Shown here in pieces: positions 1-11,719 of a DNA stretch of 64,000 nucleotides; position 1 is the stretch's first letter, and each line of letters starts with the position of its first letter. Location: positions 35,532,437-35,596,436 of the forward strand of contig NC_092672.1 in the NCBI RefSeq assembly GCF_964355755.1, written 5' to 3'. Under the pieces are notes generated by a model. It ran no database searches, had not been told where the DNA came from, and was given only the letters and a program-made list of their open reading frames with translations. This DNA is from Antedon mediterranea. Lineage: Eukaryota; Animalia; Echinodermata. The position numbers and the translations under genes are program-made.

Positions 1-492
1 GCGTGAGTGGTTTAGTGTGAGATGTACAAATACACCCTTTCTTCTTTTCACGTACAATCTTTGCAGACATAACTTTTTATTGATTTGTGAAATATCGATA
101 TTTTCTACAACTACAGCAGCAACAGGGAGCTTGTAGGATGGGTTTGTTTATTTTGTTTACACCACACAGTCCGCGAACGAGACAAGGCGGTGATTGGACT
201 GTATTAAAATTCATTAACCAATCACAAAACGACTGCTGCCGTGGCTACAACCCCGGGTGTTTCAAACTCTAAATTTGACGATCTCGTACGTGCGTATAGA
301 ACGTTCATAAAAATTAAGATGGCGTGCCAGTTGGTCGGCCATTTTGCGGACGTTTTATACCAAAATTGTATTTGTTTATTTCTCAAGTTCTACTAGGTAT
401 TTGAATCTAATTTTTGGTGTGCTGTTTATTAACATTAAAAGGATTCATACAAAGTCATTTTTGTGAAATTTTAAAATCCTTTCATATCCATT

Positions 493-1171
493 TTAAGCGT
501 CAAACTGAAAAGTTTTGTATTTAAGTTAAAACAAACAATATAAAAGACGATCCCTTAAACTAATTAAAAATGCAAAACCGTGTCGTCATAGCAACGGATA
601 ACAAAATCCTTGAGGTTAACTCCTCCTACAACGACGCGACACCTACATGCCATTGACATTGTATACGTAAATCAATTAAAATGATCACATGAACTATAAA
701 GTTTTGCGAAGATTATTATAACTATAGTATCCAGGTGCTTAATGCAATGCAGTAACTTTAACAATGAATTATTAATACTAATACTTAGTAAATGATTAAA
801 TTAAGGTACAACAGGTCAAAGCCATATCTCATCAATATATAGGCCTAGCTAGGTAACATAACCGAAATTAATGGCGTCTCAATAGAACTTGGCCTAATAA
901 CATTAAATCTGTATGAGTTATTGATCAATAAATGTAGCGGAATGCAGCTTACCGAAAATAGCAAAGTCACCCGCTATCTGCAGTACATAAACAATTCAAG
1001 TAAATATCAAAAATTAAACAATATGTCAATATCCTATAATTAAAGTCACTAGCTGTGATCATACATCCTCTCCTCTCTAATGCAAGATACCTCTCCTCAC
1101 ATGGTCCTAAAATGACGTCATTTTCTTAATAATGCGCCCTCTCTAAATATAAACTAGTTTGGGACCAAACA
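493..1171 (-). repeat. 3' LTR of the BEL element, lacking the last ~170 bp
   Basis: Matches 6713-7401 except for 2 substitutions and one 10-bp duplication (aggcctagct). Identity stops abruptly at 493. Confidence 0.92.
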
Positions 1172-1184
1172 TCCCGGCCCCTCT
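1172..1184 (-). promoter_or_regulatory. Polypurine tract of the BEL element
   Basis: Minus strand AGAGGGGCCGGGA directly abuts the TGT start of the 3' LTR. Confidence 0.8.
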
Positions 1185-1285
1185 AATGCTATACTGAATT
1201 AAGGCATTAGCAAACATAGTTAACAATTTAACAATAAATAAATTAATGTAACAACAATTTAACAATCTATTAAACAGCATCTGAA

Positions 1286-4200
1286 CTACTGACTCTCTGC
1301 CTCCAGAATCACAACCAACTTCGTGATGGGCCGTACCAGTTCAGCGTTTGCAGTTCTCAGCTTAACAGATCTCACCAGTCCTCTTGCATCCTTATAAGCT
1401 TCCAACACTCTTGCCATTGGCCACTGTCCTCTTGGAGAATTCTCCGCAATTATAACAATGTCTCCTACATCCACATTTCTACGCTCTTTAAACCATTTCT
1501 GACGCTCCATCAATGTCGCCAAATACTCCTTCCTCCATCTTGCCCAGAATACATTAACCAGGTATTGCGCCTGTCTCCATCTCTTACGATATACATCTGC
1601 CTCACTGAATATACCTGGAGCAGGTATATAATCTGCTTGTGCCAGTAACAGGTGATTCGGCGTTAGTGGGCGATCTTCCTTAGGATCATCAGACAGCATT
1701 GTCAATGGCCGTCCGTTAACAATCGCCTCCACCTCACAAAACAATGTCCTCAGACCTTCATCGTTTAGTTTTATTGTCTGCTCCTTTAACAATCCATATA
1801 ACACCTTTCTTATTGATCTGATCATTCTTTCCCAGACTCCCCCTTGGTGGGAGGCAGCTGGAGGATTAAATCTCCAATCAATTCCATTTTGTCTTACTGT
1901 GTGAATCTGAGTGTTGTTCCATTCTTTCATTCCCTTTCTTAGCTCCTTGTCGGCTCCTACTAAATTGGTTCCGTTGTCCGACAGCATGTATCTTACAGCA
2001 CCTCGTCTGGCAATAAATCGCCTTACAGCATTTATGCAGGAGTCCGTATCTAGCGAATCAGCCATTTCTAGATGAATCGCTCGTGTATTGAAGCATGTGA
2101 ACACAACTCCGTACCGTTTTAAGACTGTCCTTCCTCTTTTGATTTCTATTGGACCAAAGTAGTCAACTCCAGATCTGGTAAACGGCTTCTCTCCGCTCAT
2201 TAATCTTTGCTTTGGTAATTCAGACATTTTCTGGGTCTCCAAACGTCCATTATACCTACGACAAGTGACACACCTTGAGAAAATACTCTTTGTCAACTTA
2301 AGTGCTCTTGTCACCCAATACTTCTCTCTGAATCTTGCTAGTATGGCATTCCTTCCTACATGACCCATGCGTTGGTGAATATCATTGATTATTATACCAG
2401 CAACTATGGATGTTTTTGGAAGCAATATTGGGTGTTTAGCTTCTAATGGTATAGATGCTCCTGCTATTCTTCCACCGACTCTGATGATTCCCTTTTCATC
2501 CTTAAAGGGGTCCAACTTAGATGTGTCATTGCCCATAGGTTGTTTTGAAGTTTCCGACTGCAGATATCTTATTATTTCTGTCTCAGCGACATCAAGCTCT
2601 GAGCTTGTTATTGGCTCAATCCTTCTTACTCTTCCCTTTGGTGGTGTACGGGTTTTGCAACGTTGCATTAAATTACCCTTGACTCGAAGCATCCAAGCGA
2701 CAAACACCTTTAACCGGCTCCAACTAGAAAATCTTCCAAACAATGATTCAATATAATCACATGAATTAACTGTTGCTGCTGCTGCATATTTTACGTCTGG
2801 GTCGCTTATTGACAGCAAAGCCATTCCTAGGTTTCCCTTTGGCCACTTGTCTTCTTTGTTTTTTAAGAACACCGGCCCCTTTAGCCACATTTCAACCTCC
2901 ACCTTCTTGCTTAAGTGCATACCTCGTGAAGCTATGTCTGCAGGATTATTTGCAGTATCCACGTGTCTCCACTGCTCGCACTCACTTCCTTCGTGAATGA
3001 TTGATAACCTATTTGCTACAAAGGTGCTAAATCTTGTTTTGTTGTTTCTTATGTAGTTTATAACTAGCATGCTATCGGTCCAGAATATTACTCTTTTGAA
3101 TGTGGTGTCAACTTCTTCTCGAACTAGACTTGCACATTTAACTGCTAGAGTTGCAGCAGTTAATTCTAGTCTGGGAATCGTCATCTTCTTAAGAGGTGCC
3201 ACTCTTGATCGTCCATAAAGTATGTTACTGTCGATCGTTTCTCCTACCTGCGACCGCACATACAGTATATAGCAACTCCATAACCATTTTCACTTGCGTC
3301 CGCAAACACGTGAAGTTCTTGGTCGGTTTTAAGTTTACATGTAATAAACCTGGGCACACGCAATTCCTCAACTAGAGGTAAGCTTTCTAGCCAGCGTTTC
3401 CACCTACGTAATTCCTTTCCCTCAACTGGATTATCCCAATTCTTGCCTTTCTTGATTAGTTCTTGAAGAAGAATCTTAGGTGTTAACATCACGGGCGATG
3501 CCAGTCCCATAGGATCAAACACCGAGCTTATTGTAGATAATATGCCCCTTCGGGTACATGGCTGCTCTGTGATACTCGAAAGCTGATAACATAGACAGTC
3601 ACTCCTTGGGTCCCATTGCACTCCAAGTGCCCTTTCGCTTGGAATTCCTTCTTCCTTAAATGCTAGGGCTTGTAGTTCCTTTGATCTGTTCTCTACTGGA
3701 ACAGAGTTGATGACGTCTCGTCTGTTACTGGTCCATTTAGCTAGATTAAACCCGCCTTTTGCACAGAGTTCCTTAAGGTTTTTTACCATATTTATACCAT
3801 CAGATATTGATCCAACTGACTTCAAGCAGTCATCAACATAGAAGTTGCGTAGTAACGTCTGTGAGACTTCATCTTCTGTACTTGGTCTATTGTCTAAAGC
3901 TGTTTGTCTTAAAGCCATATTGGCGCAAGCAGGAGAAGACGCTGCTCCAAACAAATGTGCTGTCATTCTATACTCCACTGGTTGCTGGTTGACATCTCCT
4001 TCTGGCCACCAGAAAAATCTCATATAGTCTCTATCTTTCACTGGCACCTTCACTTGGTGAAACATGGCCTAAATGTCGGCCATTATAGCGACTGGGTCTT
4101 CTCGAAACCTCAGTAAGACTTCTACTAAGCTGTTTGTCATATTAGGTCCTGGGAGTAATAGATTGTTGAGAGATGTTCCCTGAAATTTGGCTGCACAATC

Positions 4201-6519
4201 GAAGACAACACGTATCTTCCCTGGTTTGTGTGGGTTATATACTCCATGATGTGGTATGTACCAGGTCTTTCCTATCGTCGGTTCGATAATGTCTACCTTC
4301 TCAGCAAATCCTTTCTGTATAAGTTTTCTCATAAACTCTTGGTAGTCGTGTTGGAACTCCTGGTTTCGACGCAGTTTGTTTTTCAAGCATTCCAGTCTCT
4401 TAACTGCCATAAACCTATTATTAGGAAGCATTGGCGTTTCTTCTCTAAATGGCAGATCGATGTGGTAGTGTCCATTAATGAGACGGATGCTATTGTTGAC
4501 CTTTGAAATGAACAACTTATCCTCTCTCGACGGTTGTTTTGCATGAACGAGTCCTCTTTCAGGAAAATCCAGTGGTGTTGGCTGGTTGACTCTGGCCTGT
4601 GTCATTGCCTTCTCTAACCAAATTCCATATAAGCCAGCCCAACCTAGTTCTAGTAGCGTGTGGTGCATTAGGTGGTCCAGTAATGGTTTCTAGTGGGCAA
4701 TACGCTTCAGCTACGGCGTTTCCAATTAAAAGGCCAATTCCAGCGTCAATATTCGTTGCTGTTATGTTTTTTAGGTGTGGCCATTTTGCGATATCTCCAT
4801 TGGTTGGGATATGTCTGCTAGAAACCGGAAGTCTGTTTTTAGTATAGGCAACTGGTAACTCCACCTTCCCTTGACCATCTAATCTGCTGATCATCAATCC
4901 TTTTATGATTTGTGTGGTCATAGTATGTTTATTTCCCATTGTGTCAATACTTAGTTTGGCCCGTTTTCCCTCGGCTCCTGTTTTGTGAAGTAGCTCATCT
5001 GATATGAATGATATGCTGCTTCCCGGATCAAAGAATGCGTATGTCTTGATCGGCTGACTCCCGTTTCTCGCTGTAACTTGTACTGGTACGATCGCGAGAG
5101 TACATTCGCCTCTTGTAGAACAGGCTGATCCAACATTCGGCGGCTGGTTAGAATTTGGATCTCTGTGTAGGGATGTCGGGTGAGCTCCCTTGCAAGTTTT
5201 GCATTCGAGCCGTTGCCTGCATTCCTTGCTACGGTGTCCTATACGGAGACAGCCAAAGCATCCTCTTGATTGCTTCAGAAATTCAATTTTGGTTTCTCTA
5301 GACAGCCCATCAAACTTGATGCAGTTTTCAAGGTTGTGGGTTTCCTTGCAATAAAGGCAAATTACATCTTCCTTGGTTGTCGAGAAGCTTCCCTTGCTGG
5401 GTGGCTTTTGAGTCTTCTCACGTTGGGGCTTGCTTGCCCTTTCTGAGTTTAACGAACCATATACAGGATTATTGGCAATCCTACTCTGCTTCTCTACAAA
5501 TTCAACAAAGTCATCGAATGTAACGGTTCTCATTTTTTCCTCTTGTATGTAGTCTGTTGTAGTGCGCCCTCTTAGCCTATACGGTAACTTCGCCACTAAC
5601 ATCTGGATGTTTTTTGTGTGGTTAAGTTCAGACAGATAATTCAAATCTTCCATTGCATTTCGACACTCTAATAGAAACAAAGAAAAATTGCTTAACGCAC
5701 TTGCATCTTCCGAACGAATCTCGTCTATTGATTGAGCCTTTTCCATGTATGCTTCTGTCATTTTGTACTTGTTTCCAAACCTTTTGCCCATCGCCTTTCT
5801 TGCCTCCTTGTAACCTCTGTCACCTTCTGTGTACATGTAACTCCTTACTAATTTATTCACGTCTCCAATGGTAAACTGTTCCAAGTAATACAGTCTTTCA
5901 CTATTGCTCTCTGTCTTGCTATCGACTTCGTGCTCGAATGCCTTTATGAATGCATTGTACTCTGTTGCCTCACCATTGTATGGTTTAATTCTCCGTCGTG
6001 GCAGCTGGGCCTTCTGCTGGCTTGTAACAATTGCCTTTGCCATCTCTATTTGTTGACGGATCAGCATGTTCATCGCATCATCGGTTGGGGCACAAGGCTT
6101 AACTGGTTTTATTTCATTGGTTTGCCCATCTTCATTGTATTGATTTTCAAGTCCGTTATCGTGTAATTCTAAATCTTCTTCGATCCTATCGTTTACAATG
6201 AATCGTCTCATCCGGTCTTGGGCTGATTCAACTGGTAAATTGACACTTAATTCTTCGTCTCGTTCCTCTATTTTATCTATTTCTTTATCCAGAGCACTTG
6301 CTCTTGCTAGGGATGTAGCTGCTTCTTCTCTGATATTAAGCAGTTCTAATTCTGCCTCTGCCTGAGTTTAGCCTTGGCAGCAAGAGCTTTCTTAATCCTA
6401 AACTCCTCCTTTGCCTTGGCCACAGCAGCATCGGCCCTTGCCTCTGCTGCATTCAATCTGAGTGAAGTAGTTGACCCTCTACTTGATTTAGACGTGAGTC
6501 TTGATGATGTTGTTGACAT
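1286..6519 (-). pseudogene. Disrupted BEL gag-pol polyprotein
   Basis: ORF pieces 6519-~6363, 6211-4559, 4668-4069, 4065-3244 and 3259-1286. Frameshifts lie near 6363, ~4590 and ~3255. An in-frame TAG at 4069-4071 falls in ADI*AMFHQV (normally ADIEAMF). Confidence 0.9.
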
Positions 6520-6542
6520 AGTAATAGAAATCTCCTACCTTA

Positions 6543-7401
6543 TGTTATTTTCGTAATAATGTACTGCCCTAAAAATAATGCGAGTGATAGTCGTTATTCA
6601 AGTCCAACACCCAAGGTGCTCCTTTATTCCGGTTTCTTGAATGTGAACCAGATTACTAAAACAAAACATAACAATGACCTATAAATGCATGTCTAGCAAT
6701 ATATGTGGCTCCTTAAGCGTCAAACTGAAAAGTTTTGTATTTAAGTTAAAACAAACAATATAAAAGACGATCCCTTAAACTAATTAAAAATGCAAAACCG
6801 TGTCGTCATAGCAACGGATAACAAAATCCTTGTGGTTAACTCCTCCTACAACGACGCGACACCTACATGCCATTGACATTGTATACGTAAATCAATTAAA
6901 ATGATCACATGAACTATAAAGTTTTGCGAAGATTATTATAACTATAGTATCCAGGTGCTTAATGCAATGCAGTAACTTTAACAATGAATTATTAATACTA
7001 ATACTTAGTAAATGATTAAATTAAGGTACAACAGGTCAAAGCCATATCTCATCAATATATAGGCCTAGCTAGGCCTAGCTAGGTAACATAACAGAAATTA
7101 ATGGCGTCTCAATAGAACTTGGCCTAATAACATTAAATCTGTATGAGTTATTGATCAATAAATGTAGCGGAATGCAGCTTACCGAAAATAGCAAAGTCAC
7201 CCGCTATCTGCAGTACATAAACAATTCAAGTAAATATCAAAAATTAAACAATATGTCAATATCCTATAATTAAAGTCACTAGCTGTGATCATACATCCTC
7301 TCCTCTCTAATGCAAGATACCTCTCCTCACATGGTCCTAAAATGACGTCATTTTCTTAATAATGCGCCCTCTCTAAATATAAACTAGTTTGGGACCAAAC
7401 A
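6543..7401 (-). repeat. 5' LTR of the BEL element (~859 bp, TG...CA)
   Basis: Minus strand starts TGTTTGGTCCC at 7401 and has AATAAA at 6623-6628. It ends ...AAAATAACA at 6543, just before the gag ATG at 6519. The inner boundary is inferred from the TG/CA rule. Confidence 0.8.
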
Positions 7402-7943
7402 GACGCCATACGTAAGGGAAACGCAAGTAATTTGACCAATCACGACATGATAGATCATTAACTGTCGCTTCATGGTCAACTCGCTCGCGTTGCGCTAACG
7501 CCATTGCGTCCTAGTGGGAACCAAACTTTAGATATTTTTTTTAAATAGTTTAACTTGAATAGAAAAATGCAACATGTTTAATGAACGAAAGTTTTAAATA
7601 AAAAAAGCAATTGTTAAAATTAGACACGTACATTTGTATTTATTTTTTTATTTTCTGTCTTCTGCCAACACTAAATAACCTATTAAAACAAATTGTTACA
7701 GAGTATTTTTCACCGGAGGACATCTTTTTATGTACTAACTTTCCTGTTCCTTTGTGCTCCATTTTTTATACAAACGCTTCTCTTTCCACTGGCGAACGCA
7801 AGTACTTAAGCGCACTCGAGTACTTAAGCGCACTCAAGTAATTTGACCAATCAGGACATGATGAATCATTATCACTTGTGTCAACTTGTTGTGTTGTGCG
7901 TCCAATGAACAGGTTAATTAACAACTTGTAGGCCTATATGACG

Positions 7944-9087
7944 TCAGAATGTTTTAGGATGACGATTACAATGCGATGTAACCAACCTAATAACGCCAGA
8001 CGCATTCAGCTGTTTTAAAAGTTTAAATTCCTCTGGCATGTGGTGTCCATTTTTAAAAGATGTGTTTCCGTAATAATGGTACGTGACGGGTTTCCCTTCG
8101 GCTGTTTGATTGAAAGGGTAAAATCCATACAATGATACTTTACTACACATATTTCCAGCAAGCGAAACTACGTAAAGGCCCGACGATGGCGATGAAATTT
8201 TCCACGTCCTAAAAAACGAAAGAGTTTTGTTTTATCCAAGTGGGCGCCCTATTATGCCTATTTTCCATTAGTATATTCAATATTGGCCTTCCCCGTGCTT
8301 GCGCGGCAAGGCAAAGAAACCCGGTTGGGACTACTATATTGTCTTGTGGAAACCTGTAGTTAGGCTGAACGTTCACATTGAGCTCAATGTGTCGGCTCAG
8401 TGTGATCTTCGATTTCAATTCATTCTTTTCTTTATAAAAAGTACGGTACTAAATATCTGTCTAAACTAACCAATTTGACCAAAAAATGTGTTGATGTGCC
8501 CAAATGTGGTAGGGATGTGCCCAAATATGGTAGTGATGTGCCCAAATATGGTAGTGATGTGCCCAAATATGTATATTGTAGATTACCTCGCAATCGACTG
8601 TCTAAGTGATTTACTTGGTCGTGCTAATACAATGCTTGGCTTGAATGTGCGCATGGCATTGACAATATCCATCTTGGGAGACCAAGCGCTTGCTTTTGTC
8701 ACCCATATAATAGTGGAATTATTCAAATTGTTCAGATAACGATACATCGTTTTGTAACAGCTATCATTTTTATTTTGTGAGCACCAGCCGTAATGTCTTC
8801 CCTCTTGATTGTTTATTGTTACTAAACTTGTTCTTGTTCCAACATCTTTCTGGAAACCTTCTAGTGGCGCCATATTTGAACGAAACACGTGATCATGCGC
8901 ATCAATTTCCAATCCGCAATTACTCCCCTGCAGGATTCCAGAGTTTCCGATGACAGCGCACGTGTTTGCAGGTTTTATCCATGGTTCCCCATTGGCTTGA
9001 GCTGTTTCGGTGTAAGTTTGAGTTTGTATCAGCTCGTTAGGATAGACACGAAGCAATCTAATCGGCGAAAACCCCTTTAAACTTTTT
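7944..9087 (-). CDS. Alpha-2,8-sialyltransferase-like (GT29, ST8Sia-type), copy A, catalytic exons
   Basis: Exons 9087-8587 and 8208-7944 with GT-AG sites and compatible phase. Sialylmotif L CAVIGNSGIL..CGLEIDAHDHVFRSN..DVG, motif S PSSGLY..C..V.LYGFYP, motif III YHYY, VS HHMPEE, and the C-terminal Cys typical of ST8Sia. Confidence 0.92.
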
Positions 9088-9811
9088 CTGTAGAAAAAAA
9101 AGACATGCTTTACTGAATAAACGAAATATAGTTTCCTCAACGTATTTTTATTTCATGTTCCCGCCTAAATATCTTTTCTTTTTTAATCTATAAAAATATA
9201 GGAAAGTTGAATTGACTTTCATGTTTATATATTTGGATGTAGGGGTACACCATTAGATCGGTAGCCCACTTACAGTACAAAGGTGCATTTGTAGTTCAAA
9301 TTTTACATACAGAATTAGCAACAAAAAAGAAGAAAAAAACAAATCAAATGAAAACATAACATATTAAATCTATTAATTCGTAACATAATTATCCTCAAAC
9401 CCACAAAATCGTAAGTCTTTAAATTTATACTCTGTTAAAGTTATCAAAATTACTGTTAATTGATTTAGCGTACGGTATACAGTATTAACCTTTGACCATT
9501 TTTATAACATTCTCAATTTGTATATGGTCAGTTCATTTACGAGTAATATGTAAACCGAGATATTTATATGATTCAGTTTTATTTCTGGTTAATGTTAGCT
9601 TATAATACAATACTCTAATACCTATAAGTTCAAGTTCAATAACTTTTATTCAATAATAATAATAGTATGGTATTGTTATTATTCGGATCAAGAAAACGAA
9701 ACAGATTGTTTAATATCATTTTCTAGTCTTTTCCACAAATGCAGACTAGCTGTTACAGTGATAAATAATTGACTTTTTCTGAGTTTAATAAAAGGAACAT
9801 AAGTTATAACT

Positions 9812-10088
9812 TGGAAACCAATAACTTGGTTCCAACTGGGGAACCAATAGCTTGGTTCCAACTTGGGAACCAATAGCTTGGTTCCAACTTGGGACCCAAC
9901 AGCTTGGTTCCAACTTGAGAACCAACAGCTTGGTTCCAACTTGGGAACCAATAGCTTGGTTCCAACTTGGGAACCAATAGCTTGGTTCCAACTTGGGAAC
10001 CAATAGCTTGGTTCCAACTTGGGAACCAATAGCTTGGTTCCAACTTGGGAACCAATAGCTTGGTTCCAACTTGGGAACGAATAACTTG
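9812..10088. repeat. 26-bp palindromic minisatellite, ~10 units
   Basis: Unit caacttgggaaccaatagcttggttc with internal hairpin GGAACCAA-tagc-TTGGTTCC. Confidence 0.95.
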
Positions 10089-10208
10089 ATAAACGATGTC
10101 TCCATGCGCTCGACAATAAAGAGAAAGAGTGGAAACCAAAAGGAAGAGAACAAAAAGACAAAAACACCAAGCTAGCACCCAAACTGGAGTATGGGGATAC
10201 ACCATCAT
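10085..10208 (-). CDS. Putative first exon (type II signal anchor) of sialyltransferase copy A
   Basis: MMVYPHTPVWVLAWCFCLFVLFLLVSTLSLY is a short tail plus hydrophobic stretch on the same strand upstream of the catalytic exons. No convincing splice donor was found. Confidence 0.35.
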
Positions 10209-10986
10209 CGCTTACTGGGGATCAGTGTATAAGGACCCCAGTTACTAGAATCGGTTAAGTCGTGATCTTTTCAGGGATCCGGTGCCTCCTAGCCTAGTCA
10301 GAAGACAACAACAGGCAAGAAAGGTGAACAAAAACATAACGATGCTAAACATGTAGATGCTAAATAAAACAGTGTTTATTAATTAAGTAGTTTTTCTTAC
10401 GGAAAAAGTAAATAAATCAATCAAAAGAACAACCAATTTTACAAGGAAATACTATTTTATTTACAAAACTAGTTACCGGTTCACGATTGTAGTAATTGAA
10501 AAACAGTTTCTAACATAACATTAGTATAATAATCACTTCCTTAAATCGAGGCCTTTAACAATGTAAATATTTACATTGCTGAATAAATGTGAATTTGAAA
10601 AGGCTTATTTCACAATATAATGCTCATTCTGCTTCAACGCCTTCGAAAAATAAGTGCGGTTTTTATTTATAATAAACAATAGAAACATTCTTTTATGTTG
10701 TATAGGCCTATCGCCACATCTTAATATACCATTATTAATGTCTTTTACATACGGTACGATATACGTGTGGATCACGAAGGAAGAAAACTATGAATATTAT
10801 AATTATGATTAAAGTATTGATGTGCAAAAAAAAACTATACTAAATACTCGTAAGACCAGTGACTGAAAAGGAATCACAGATGCACAATTTCGATCGGTGA
10901 GAGCAGAGATGTAAATTGAATAATAATTGAAAAATAAAAAGCGAAAAGCTAAATCAAAACGATAAAGTAAACAGCCAGAAAAGTTA

Positions 10987-11023
10987 GCAGAGCTTTCGGG
11001 CAACACTAGCCCTTCATCAGTGC
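10987..11023 (-). ncRNA. Minimal type I hammerhead ribozyme (Penelope/retrozyme type)
   Basis: Minus strand GCA-CTGATGA-A-GGGC-TAGTGTT-GCCC-GAAA-GC-TC-TGC. It shows the full catalytic core, stem II GGGC/GCCC, palindromic AGCT stem III, a UC cleavage site and stem I GCA/TGC. Confidence 0.8.
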
Positions 11024-11719
11024 AAGTGAAGGAATTTGTATATATATATATACTTTATACTTTTATATGTATTATCCACTTTTTTCATTATTTTCTTTTA
11101 TTTTAACTATTCCTTTCTACAATAGGTCTATGTCTCTGTACAAAACACACAAGTTCATATATTCGAGTACATAATTGCACACATGCATACATACATACCC
11201 ACGACACAGGTATATAAATAAATAAATATTTACAATATATAAAATGCAATACAATTATTATTCTTAATTCTTTTTTTTCTTTTTTTTTTTACAATAAGAA
11301 CATAAATAAAAATATAAAATTCAAATAATTATAGTAAGCTTAACAAAATTCTTTCCTTACTCTTGTGTTTTAGTTTTATGTCTCATGGTTATATTTGTTG
11401 CTTACTTATATGTTACGTTTCGTTTTGTTTTTAATATTTATTTCATTTATTTTCATTTTTTTTTAATAATTCTATATAAAGATTTAACCACCTATTGGCA
11501 TTGCACAGCGTTATATATTTATACTGTTCATAATGTTTTATACATAGCATATTTTCTTATATATTATCTTATCCATTGTATAGTATTGTATGTTTTTAAC
11601 TGTTGTTATTTTTATTGTAATTTGAACCTTGGAAGGCAAATTTCATTTACTGTGTATTTGACAATAAATTTTAACTTGAACTTGAACTTGAACTATAAAC
11701 CTCTGTAGAATATACCGTA

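Larger units (their letters stand above)
493..7401 (-). mobile_element. BEL/Pao LTR retrotransposon, near full length, 3' LTR truncated
   Basis: Direct repeats 493-1171 and 6713-7401 flank gag-protease-RT-RNaseH-integrase in BEL order. Motifs: zinc knuckles CLYC..H...C and CFGC...H...C, protease AFFDPGS, RT YVDD, RNase H HVFADAS, integrase GVDYFGP, SDNGTN and WERM. Confidence 0.97.

Noticed and set aside
2385-6556. Plus-strand ORFs within the retrotransposon
   Set aside because: Antisense shadows of the gag-pol frame with no independent motifs.
9274-9390. Alternative first coding exon for the sialyltransferase ending at the gtaagt donor at 9273
   Set aside because: The frame required to join the catalytic exon contains a TAA and no usable ATG. 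At most it is a non-coding or decayed exon.
9812-10088. Palindromic 26-bp repeats as a CRISPR array
   Set aside because: Units are contiguous with no unique spacers, there are no cas genes, and the context is a spliced animal genome.
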